A stretch of 64,000 bases of DNA from the NCBI GenBank assembly GCA_051362555.1, contig CM120640.1, positions 558,001-622,000 on the forward strand, given 5' to 3'. This document shows, piece after piece, positions 38,068-49,037 of this stretch; the first letter of the stretch is position 1; each line of letters starts with the position of its first letter. Below the pieces are notes generated by a model. The model worked only from the letters and a program-made list of their open reading frames with translations. It was not told the DNA's origin and ran no database searches. This stretch comes from Lingula anatina. Lineage: Eukaryota; Animalia; Brachiopoda. The translations under genes were made by a program, and so were the position numbers.

Positions 38068-39600
38068 GTTTACCAGCCCTTGCTCTTAAAAGTAAAGAGC
38101 TAAAAAATATCTCCTGATCTTATATTTGTATCTAAGATCCCAATTTTTCTTCACTTGACATGAACAATGAGGGTGGTCATATGGACACTACTTGTATTTT
38201 CAGTTAGATAAGAACATTTCTGAGAAGAGATATAATTATATTCATCACCTAATATGGATGTGCAATGTCTTTGAACTATAAGCCCCAGTTATCTAAAGCA
38301 AAGCTATCATGTGAAGATATAATACAACAAAAACCCACCCCCTGTCTTTTAAGCTGTAAACCAGATAAATGCTGATTTATTTCTGATAATACCACCAATG
38401 TTATCTTTTCACATAGTTTAGGTCACCTCAGCTCCATGGTGACATTAGGAGAGTGACAACCATGTTTTAAATGTACCTGTACTCTGGATGAAATGTGCCA
38501 TACACTAGAACTATAAGTCTAGTTCATGTAAGGAGATTCAGTAATAATTGCTTAAACCAGTTCAGAACTCATACAGAACTGTTTCAATGTGTTTAAAGAA
38601 TGGAACATCTCCATGGTGCTGATTGAAGTTTAACTTTTAGTATACATCACTGGCACAAACAATAGATCAAAATTTGATTACAAAGTATGTTTAAATGCTG
38701 GTATTAAATAAATAAAAAGGGGGAATCTAAGAAAGTTTTGAAACAGAATTTGGTTCAAGCCAGAAAAGGTGATTATATGATTAGAACTAAGAAATCTTCA
38801 AAATGATTAAATGCTTCAATAATTAAGTCGGCTCTGGTATTTGTTAGAATGTTATTACCATACTCAGAATGTTAGCTATGAAAATAACATTTGACAAGCA
38901 GAGTTGGGGTTGACAAGTGCCACATGATGATGTAAAAATGTACACTTTTAAGTTTAAAAACTCTATAAAACTTTAATAACACTACGGACAGAGTTTTCAC
39001 ATATATGCATGTAAAAATATATAAATATATATTTAGAACGACTCAAAACTTATCTTCAGTGCCATTTCTAGGTAGACTTTCATTCCAGCATTCTATACAC
39101 TTACTTTTCTAACTCTAGACTTTCATATTCTAAATAAATCTAAAAATCTGTGATTCATTAAATACGGCCGTAGAGGAAGATTTCTCGATAACTTGTTTCT
39201 CTTTCTCAGGTGTGCACGGAGTCTAAATGAATACAGGTAAAACTATTTGTCACGTTTCAATAACCCCTCACATATCTCTCTGCTGTGACACATGTATCTT
39301 AGCATGAAATACTAAATAAACACACTTAATGTCTAGACTGATGGTTATCGACTGTAGCCAAATGGTACAGGGACCGTTTGTTGTGGATTTGTGCCAAAAA
39401 ATGTGATTCCAGTACTCACTTTCATTTAATTCATCAAATAGATATCATTTACTGATGCAATCCAAAAAAAAAGCAGTTGTGGATGTGTACATTAGAGTCT
39501 ACAAGGTGTAAAAAAGTTCATAAACATACGGTTAGCTACAATTATGTCCTGTGCGTTTCTCTCATAATTCTGCTGTGTCTTACCACCAATTATTGAGCCT

Positions 39601-39669
39601 TCACAAAGGTCGCTGTCTCACGCACAACATCTCACATTGTGTTTGTGCCTGAGACAGAAACACCTGTGA
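39601..39669 (-). ncRNA. mir-210: miR-210 family precursor, copy B; predicted mature 3p UUGUGCGUGAGACAGCGACCUU (39627-39606)
   Basis: The minus strand reads UCACAGGUGUUUCUGUCUCAGGCACAAACACAAUGUGAGAUGUUGUGCGUGAGACAGCGACCUUUGUGA. It folds with stems CUGUCUCA/UGAGACAG and GCACAA/UUGUGC, a basal UCACA/UGUGA stem and an apical UGUG motif. The 3p arm keeps the miR-210 seed UGUGCGU and the GACAGCG block. Confidence 0.85.
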
Positions 39670-39929
39670 CACTCTTTAACGTACTTCTTGGGCACTTTTT
39701 TCATCTTGGATTGGAATCTTCTCTTTCAATTAACCTACAGAGATAAAAACAAGGCAAAATCAGCTTGTGGAAAAGCATATAAAAAGATATTAGGACTTCA
39801 TCATTGCGTCGTCATAGGTTAATTAAGTTTTAGGTAGGCAATTAATTAATTGAGGTCATGAACAACTTTTTTTTTTTACTTCCACATCATTACTATGATA
39901 ACTAAGGTCCAGGGATGGTGGTCTACACC

Positions 39930-40340
39930 CCCTCCCTTCATCCTCCCTCCCCCACTCTCTCTCCACCCCCTCCCTTCATCCTCCCTCCCCCACTCTCTCT
40001 CCACCCCCTCTCCTCACACTCTAGCAGGGGGGGGGCTTTGTTTACTGTGTGCCTACAGAACTGTTACAATATTGGCTCATGGCACATGTTATTAAAGCAT
40101 ATTGGCACAGGGTATGCATTTCTTTATGTACACACGATTCATGTATTATAATGTGTGTGTGTACGTGCATGTGTGTGTATGCTGTTATTTGTACATATTT
40201 ATTTGTCTTTGTGTATTACAAAATTGTGGGTGGGTGTGTTTGTGTATTACAAAATTGTGGGTTGGTGTGTTTGTGTATTACAAAATTGTGGGTGGGTGTG
40301 TTTGTGTATTATAAAATTGTGGGTGGGTGTGTTTGTGCTT
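39930..40340. repeat. Short tandem repeats: a C-rich 37 bp duplication and a ~34 bp GT-rich minisatellite
   Basis: CCTCCCTTCATCCTCCCTCCCCCACTCTCTCTCCACC twice; TTTGTGTATTACAAAATTGTGGGTGGGTGTG about 4 times. Confidence 0.85.
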
Positions 40341-41152
40341 GTATTCTTTTTTTGTCCACATTTGACCTAAAAGCCAAGACTTGAAGGTTATCAGGTGGAG
40401 TAGTTTCCACAATGACATCTATCTCTGAACCCACCTCTTCCACCTACAGCTACATTATATCTGCCATGATTAATGAAGCCTTAAATTGGGACGTTATCGT
40501 CTCTCACGTGATCTGAAGGATAAGGAATGCATGCAGCTTAGAGCATAGTCAGGAAAAAGATACCTTATCTCCTTTTTTTATTGATACACTCCCTGTTTAA
40601 CATATTATCATGAACTGTTGATTCTGTGAACTTGTTGTAGTTAACAGGTAAAAACTAGGCAAATTTTCTCTTGCTGTTTATATTTATTTATTATGGTTGT
40701 TATTAATGAGGCCAAATTACTATTTTAGAGACCATTTCACCCCGCCCCTTGTACTTTATACAAATATTGCCTTACTTCAGACTAATTTTAGTAAATATTT
40801 ATGATGTTAATCAGGACATAAAGCAATGTTTTGTGATAGGTAAGAGAAGAGCAAGACCTACATCATACTTTTCTGATATCTGAACATAGGTAGAAGTGTA
40901 CATGTTCAATTAGTGTCTCACAGGTTTATCCTGATAGTCTAAGGGCGTCAATGACCCAGAAATATTTTGACTGGAAAGTTTATTACATGGTCGGAAAGTT
41001 AATAATTTTCAGTTGCTTGCCCATTTAAATGCTTGTTTTATTCTGAGGTTGAAATGCTGTTAGAGATCAATTAAGAAGTTTTCCCCAAAATTTGAATGAA
41101 ATAACATGTCTCACAATAACAACAACAAAATAAATAAATAAATAATAATGAA

Positions 41153-41183
<31 letters not shown>

Positions 41184-42099
41184 TAATACAACTTAAGTAA
41201 CAAAGGACTTTAAATCAGTGGATCGACCTTCTAACTATCTAATCTTCTGACCAATGGACTTTCATATTATTTTTTAAAGCAAGAATTACAGCAGTTGACC
41301 TTTAAACCAGTTATGTGAGATTTTTTTTAACCAGTTGCATTTTCGTAGTCCAATGAATCATTGGACTTTTGAACCCTAAAGTCCTGTTGAAGAGGATCCC
41401 CACGTTATCAGTATAGATATATAGTTTAATCATTAATACAAGGGAAGGGAGAGATAACTGAAGCAGTCAGATTGTTCCTCCAGCAGTCTGAGCAGTATTT
41501 ATTACTGTAATTATTCAAAATTAGGCAGTAAAGTTACAGACAGTGAACACCACATTGCTTTGTCTATTTCCTGAAAGAAAAATTTGAATTCCAAAATACA
41601 CAATTACCAGATGAATTATGCAATTTTACATTCATTTTTACTATACATAAATAATTAGAAAAGCAAATATTAGAATGTGTTGGTCTAAAATATGTCATTC
41701 ATTTAATAAAATGGTGGTGGGGGGTTACACATACCAAAATTCTGGTTAATCTGCTGATTTATTTCATTATTTCCACTACAAGTGCTTCTACACAAGGACA
41801 CTGCCTTCATTTATCATTCTTAACAGTAAGTACAAAAAGCTGCTTACGTTATTATTATATCAAAGTAAGAAAAGTAATAATAACCCCCAAATTTCGCATT
41901 AATTAAGCATCCCCTTCTTTCTTACAGTATGTAATAATGTATGGTAATGGTAGTTGAAATAACTGGCACCTAATTTGGATACATTGTACTTCACGAAATA
42001 AAATGTCCCTTGGGAACGAGAATTAATTATGTTTAATGAGATATTGTTTAATGTTTAATATGATTCATGTGATGGTTCCGGTACTATTGTTTGACGCTG

Positions 42100-42540
42100 A
42101 CCTTGCCAATTCACGAAATGAGTCCATGTTTTAACAACTTACTTTGTTACTTTTCTGCACCCGTCACTGTCAAACTGGCGACGCTGCCGAACCGCTGCAA
42201 GGTCACCTTGTTGCTTGTGTTTTGCAGAGTTTAAATTTGACAAAAAAGCTTTAAAACAACACAGGAGACTCCCTAATCATCGCCCGGGTGTGTGTAGCAG
42301 TGATATGTGACTTACAGCGCGACCCAAGTAGATTTTATTCCAACATATCAGCCGAACATGTGCTGCGCAAGGTATCCATGCATCATGTCACGTAGGAGAA
42401 TCCTAACCCGAGACACAGTGACGTCACGGAGGGATTCCCCTTCAGCCGCGTGCTATTTATATCAAGTGACCTTACCTTATATGGATGGTGGGGATTCCTG
42501 AGACCTGGTGTTGGCCTGACTGGGCTTCACGTTTTATTTT
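42100..42540 (-). promoter_or_regulatory. Candidate promoter and first exon of the miR-210 host transcript
   Basis: CpG-enriched patch with TACGTG on the minus strand (42389-42394), GTGACGTCAC (42418-42427), GGGATTCCCC (42431-42440), minus-strand TATAAATA (42454-42461) and CCTTATATGG (42475-42484). Minus-strand donors at ~42141 and ~42315 could splice to a strong acceptor (ttgtttttatctctgtag) at 39735, just upstream of hairpin B. Confidence 0.6.
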
Positions 42541-42901
42541 CAATCTACATGATTGAATAATGTGGCTCGTGATAACGATTGGTATTAAGGCATATATAAT
42601 TTTACTCTAAACATTTAGTCAAGTATGTATTAATGAGACAAATATTTTAACTAAGGAAGAAAGTGAGAAATGTATGTAATGAATGAACAGGCATCTCTTG
42701 CCCCACCTGAATAAATGACATCCCCTTAGACAAGGGCATCAAAGATGGTTCATCAGTCCCTCCCCCAACTTTCTAAGGATTTTTAACATTTTTGTGTAAA
42801 GAAGGTACCTTTTTATCTCAAGCATTGTTATTCATGCACACACGCACTTGACGCACGCACACAAATTAACATAATTTGTTGCCGGGTCATTGGCAATGAT
42901 G

Positions 42902-42932
<31 letters not shown>

Positions 42933-43921
42933 TTTGGCTTCCAATTTATCTATAATTCTTTAACCACGCATCTTATTTACAAGATTATTCAAATATCATT
43001 AGCCATTCTAAGATAGAAAGTGCCGAAAAGAATTTCAGAGAAAACTTGTAAAATATGATGCAAATAGTAAACGCCTCTGTAAAAATTTTGGCATCAATTG
43101 GATGCTTTTATATGTGAAAATGGTCTTCGGAAAAAAAGAAAAAGAAGGAAGAGTGGCATAATAAAAGATGTGCAAACACTGCGCCTCAGCTGGCTACGAC
43201 TGGTTGAATGACAACTGAGAGCTTTACCTGAGATGTACTCACAATGTAATATAATACAGGGCTAATTACCAGAAAGAAAAACAAGGGATAACCAAGCAGT
43301 CAAATACCTGGTACCAGAATGGCAAATTTATAAAAGAATAACGTCTGGTCAACCGACACTGAAATACATCAATGCCACATCAAACCATTTAGAAAAATCG
43401 AAATCTGCCAGAAGACTTGATTTTCACGTGCACCGAACGCTGTTCAAAGTTAGTTCTGAAGAAATTTGGGTCCAACTTTGATATCTATTATTTTGGGGAC
43501 CCCTAAGATATTTTTGTTTGTTCCCCTGCGGGTCTTGGGTTTGCAGAGGGATTTGCACGAGGATAAAAAATTGCCAAGCGTTCGAGACTATCTACAATTG
43601 GCAGACAAGGCCAAATTGACGAGAAAGTTGCTCAGATTTGCCACCTGTTTATATCAATTGAAATTTGTTTATCATAAGAATGACTAGAATATTAATATTT
43701 TATAAAAATTAATAAATTAATTTAAACAGGATTAAGAAGGGAAGGTGCTAGAAGATAAATCTCTAGGTTATTTTTGATCATTGAATGAAATAAAAAAAAA
43801 AACTTGTGGAGTGTAATTTTACAATGAAAGGGTATCAACAATCAGTATGTTATGTCAATTTGTGTTAATCCCCTTTCTTTTAACTTAAGACTGTTTAAAC
43901 TGTTTGGGGACCTGTATAAAA

Positions 43922-43956
<35 letters not shown>

Positions 43957-46394
43957 GGAAATTTTTAACAAGAGCAATAGCAATGTTATCCAAAGTATTT
44001 TGATTAAGAATTGATTTTAAACCATTTTCTTTGTTGCCATTTTGATATGTTTTACTTTATTTACATGTTAATATAGTGTTATATACTTAGTATGTATGTT
44101 TCTAATCTGAACTTGCTCTTAATTCTGAACCATGGAAAATATTAGCATGCTCCAATTGCTCAATTTACAGTACGTAATTTTGATTTAATTTTTTGTGCTT
44201 TTTATTCCATGGAAAGTTAACCATATCTCCCTATTACTAATAGAAATATGCCGATTATTTTTCTCATAATTGAAAGAGAGGGTATTTTGTTTATTCACCC
44301 CTTTGTCTAGTATTGCAAAGTTGCCAAGTGCCATGCTGCACAAATAAAGAAATAATGATAATCTAAAAAGAGAATCTAGAAAAAGCATTGTGAAAAATAT
44401 CTTAGATATGCTGTCAGAGTTTTTAAAACATGTACGCAATATATTTTTTATGAACTATAAAACAAAAAATATTATCAGTGAATAGACATTCTCGTTCGTA
44501 ATATTTAGTAATGGATGCAAGCATTCCTGCTGCCAAGTTATTTGGTTGTTTGGGTTTTTTGAGGCAGGAAAGAGCCAAACAGTCTGGTTCAGCAACTCCT
44601 GTACATTTAATCCATATCTTGTTTGAGAATGCCATTTACTTAATACCAATTAAGACCAATGGCATGAAGGTACCGGGCTGACCCTTTCATGTAACACATT
44701 AAGGAGCCCATTGATCCCATAGAGAGTTGTTAGGAGGCCGTTTTTTCACATAAAACTGTCTATAAATCATTTGTCATTGATTCTGGATCCATATGCTGAA
44801 ACAACTCTGTTTTATTTCTGGTCCTCTGTTCCAGTAGGGAAGAATAAAGAAAGGTTCTTGTACAAATATAGAAATATTCCTTTGTGCTGCTGAAGTGTCT
44901 GGCCTCAGCTAACCTGAGAGCTAGCAATTGATTTGTCATTTCTGAAATGTTTTAAATGATGGAAGCTTTTCTTTTGACTTGAGTCTCATTTTGGGGAAAT
45001 ATTGTTTGCATGATAAAGCCTCCCATTATTGATGTCCTTGAAATATGTCAAGTATTTTAATGGTATTTACAAAACATAACTGTGACAAAATGTTACTGTT
45101 ATGTGGTTCCACGGTTTTGCTGGAACTAATTTTTTATATTCAATAAATTGCCAATAACCAATTAACTGGCTGTATGCAAATACATTCTCTATTCTGTTGT
45201 AAACTTAATGCTGGTTTTTATTCAATGCCAAAGTCATTTGGTTTACAAATGAGATGGAGAGAAAAATTAGATGCCTGATTTACAACTGAGTTAGCAACAT
45301 GTTTTTTTAGCACACACACACAAAGAAAAAAAGTGAAACAAATAAAGATTTTTGAAAAATCAAAATGAAATATATAGCTACACAACTCAACTATTTCATA
45401 CTGTAAAAGTACTTGCATCACAAATCTTTCAGGAATCCAGTGTGTGGAGATAAACAGGTTGGAATTTGTGTTACACGTACTAGAGGAAGACCTTAAGTAC
45501 ACATGTTAGCAGGTCAGCATTGGGACCTTAACTGGACCAAGGGACAACTCTTAAATTTTCTTAGAAATAGTGATAGTGATAGACTTGACTAATATGTTAG
45601 TCAGAAGCAAATTTCCAAATAAATAACAAATACAAGCTAAAAAAGGGAGTTCATAAGATTACATAAAAAATTTTGTTTCAACTGTATCAGATTTACAAGA
45701 GTTCATTCAAATTGTGGAATTTTTTACTGTAAGCTGTATCAAGGCTGTATATAGAATATTGTGTGAACAGCTCAGATTTACCTGACAGACCACCTGATCC
45801 TGCACCTGCTGACCTGGTTAATATGTACAGAGGAGGCAGGTGTACCAGTTCCACAAATACCAGTGGAAATAATACTCAAATAATACATCAATTTATAGAT
45901 ATGTAACGGGTAATATCACCAACAACATTTTCCAAAGATAAAAGAATGCATTGTTTTTTAACAGTTCATATCGTATTATGTTGTTTCTTGTATAGTCAAA
46001 AACTTAATTGTATAATTATTTGATATTGCATCTGATAAGGAATCTCTACAAATTAACATAATTTATTCCTCCTCCAAATGACTTGTGAATAGCCTAAGTC
46101 ACATTTAAAAGAAGATTCCAATTTATTGAAGCAAATATTTTTATTCACTTGTTTGAAAAGTAAAATACCAAACATTAAACACAACAATTCTGGAATGTAG
46201 ACCTGAAAGACTTAAACATGATTAAAGTCAAACAAACAAATTTCAATATCTACAAATGAATTTCATCAACAAGAACATATTATCACATGAAGTGTAACAG
46301 TTTTGAGCAGTGTTAACAAGTCATGGGTTGGACAGCACAATGTGTTCAGTTACTGGAACACCTAACACAATTGACATAGAAACCCTCTGAGCGC

Positions 46395-46570
46395 ATTGAG
46401 AACAGTGGACTTAAAGATCTGCAGATCAAATATGGTGACCTACTAAAAAGCTTGCTGCTTAATTCAGGATTAGACACTGAATAAATTCCCCACGGGGATT
46501 ACGCAACAAGCATTCAAGTTGGACAGCCATATTTGATCCGTGGATCTGTTAGTCCCCTGTTCTCAAAGAG
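46395..46570. mobile_element. Fold-back/MITE-like inverted repeat
   Basis: TTGAGAACAGTGGACTTAAAGATCTGCAGATCAAATATGG pairs imperfectly with CCATATTTGATCCGTGGATCTGTTAGTCCCCTGTTCTCAA. Confidence 0.6.
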
Positions 46571-48411
46571 GTCTCTGATTCTCATAACAAGTACAAATGT
46601 AGAATGAATGAATGAATCTCCAATAAAAGATTTAAATATTTACATTAAAATATTTACATGTAAAATCCATATAGAGATAGTCATATCACTATATGTTAGA
46701 TGAAAATAAATAAAACAAACCTACTGAGATTCTCTTAGAAACTTGAACGACAGATTACTGGTAAGTTGAATAAAAACACAGAATGTTACTTCTGTCTAAA
46801 AAAAAAAAAAAAACAAAACTGATAAAATTACTTTTGTTATCTAACTTCTCTTCCATTTCTGTAGCACTGACCCAACTTCCTCTTTTTCTGTCAAATCTTA
46901 ATAACGTATTTTGTGCGATTTCTGACATTTTCCATAAACAATCACTAAGCTGACACTTAACATAATATTACTGAAAACAAAAAAATTACTTAACATAATG
47001 CTCTGGCAACACAATGTTGAAATGAATGCTGAACGCAGCAGGAAACTTTATGTAAATATCACACGGCACAAGTAATGACCATAATTGCAATTCTTTAAAC
47101 AATGAATTTGAGATATATGGGCAATGGTCTGTTCTTAATGAGCGTACTGTGGTCTATTATTGTGCATAATTTAAGGCATAAACATTGTTATTACTGTAGC
47201 TAGACTTGTGCTAACATGCGTTTTAACTGATGGCTAAAAAATGTTGTATGGTAGCTTAAAGACATAGAAAGTAAGTTTTCTGAATCAAACTGAAACCATT
47301 TTTGTAATAAATGACTACTGCATGGCTTTAATATGCCATGTAATTATGTTTAGAAATAGGCATCTGCAAAACATTCAAGTGAATATGTGGACAATGCAAT
47401 TTGAAAGAATACAATAACATTACCTCTGGGAACAAGGAGGGGAAAGTGACAAAAGAACTAAAACTGTTTCACACAGTACAAATAATAAGCTTCCTATGCT
47501 TTTTGAAAACATTAACATTTGTCAACACTTAAGCTAAAAATATTCCTTGACTGAACATGAATACTCATCATCCCTCTGAAAAATTATGTGTCAATCATGT
47601 TATCATATGACAATATATGCCATGTTGGAGGAATAAACGATAAAATTAATCAGTACACAACTGAAACATGAAGACACCCTTACTTAGAGACTGTAAAACT
47701 TAAATTGCTATTTTACCAGTCATATCTTTTAAGTATATGGCAATTTGCAAATTCTGCCTCTTATTAATGAGTTTTAAGAAAATAATATTGAGCAAACTTG
47801 AGTGGACAAATCCCAAATAACAAAGGCAAAATAAAGCTAAATAAACTTTATGAACTACTACACTTATACACTTGAATATTTGGTTCTAAACATTTTCCCT
47901 ATGTTACATGTATGACATTGTCCACAGCAGAATGGAACACATCATATTACATTTGGTTTATTACAATACTTGTACATTCCTGTGAAGTTCATGCACCATA
48001 ACATGCAAATGCTCCATGTTTATAACTATTACCATGGCAAATTGCATAGAGTTTGGTAGAACCAGTGTTTTAGGATAACACTACAACAATGAAATAAAAC
48101 CCAGAAGTATCATTGCAGCATTCTGTCATTTGTAATTGCTCAATTTGTCATAGCAATCTACTGTTCCTAACATCTGGAAGGTCAGTGACATTATTGATAC
48201 CTTGTACAGTAAAATAGGTCAAACCACATATCTGCATACACAAGACAAAATGTGACTTATCTGAATTCATCAAAGCACTTTAAAGAGATTAATTAAGACA
48301 CAAACAGTTATCCTTTTACAGGGCAGCACGTGTTGGAACTTACAGTGGTTGAAGTTAACAAAGTACTTCAGCATGAGGAGTATTGTCATGCTGTCTGAGC
48401 TTCTTCTCTAT

Positions 48412-48668
48412 GAGACCATTCCAAGACCCTATCATACTAACTATGGATCGAACTATCTCCAAGGGGTTTCTCGCTAAATTGCAATTAACTTAACCAGCTT
48501 TGATGCCTGTCACACCTACTGAAGCTGTAAGGGGGTAATGACTATCGTTTAGCAACTTCAGTGGGCGTGCCAGACATCTTAGCCACTAAAGCTGAAAGCA
48601 ATTTAGCGAGAAACCCCATGGAGATGGACCGATCCTGTTAGATCGATCTAGGTATGGGAACCCAGTCT
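48412..48668. mobile_element. Palindromic MITE family copy (most intact of three in the window)
   Basis: ATCTCCAAGGGGTTTCTCGCTAAATTGC / GCAATTTAGCGAGAAACCCCATGGAGAT near-perfect arms. TCTATGAG appears as a direct repeat at both boundaries. Confidence 0.85.
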
Positions 48669-49037
48669 ATGAGCATTTTGCTTATATTTGATGATCTAAT
48701 CCCTTTGTTCACTGGACAGCAGATCAACAACAGATATACTCATTTTACTGCTAATAATATCAGACAAACTTTAAAGTTACACTTATGAGCACAAAAATAA
48801 ACTGAAAAAAAAAAAAATGAAATGGTGATTTTACCATCAATTGTAACTGTTATCACAGAAATAAATTTTAAAAATAATATCAACAGTTTTTCTTTTTGTG
48901 TGCATTGGACTAGATGTGCCTTATTAGTGATGTAATTAGTGAGAATAATGGCCTATCTCACTCTTCTGTTATATACCAATCATCTGAGCTTAATACAGGT
49001 GTTGATGGGAATATATTAATTATAAATACAAACTACA

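Noticed and set aside
39618-39704. 28 aa minus-strand smORF MKKVPKKYVKECHRCFCLRHKHNVRCCA overlapping miR-210 copy B
   Set aside because: Very short, and its composition is explained by the hairpin; no independent coding evidence. Ribo-seq could revive it.
40049-40384. Cys/Val-rich overlapping ORFs
   Set aside because: Products of GT-rich simple repeats and the 34 bp minisatellite.
42835-42865. ACGCAC repeats resembling another miR-210 arm
   Set aside because: Low-complexity (CA/CG) tract with no complementary arm and no GACAG block.
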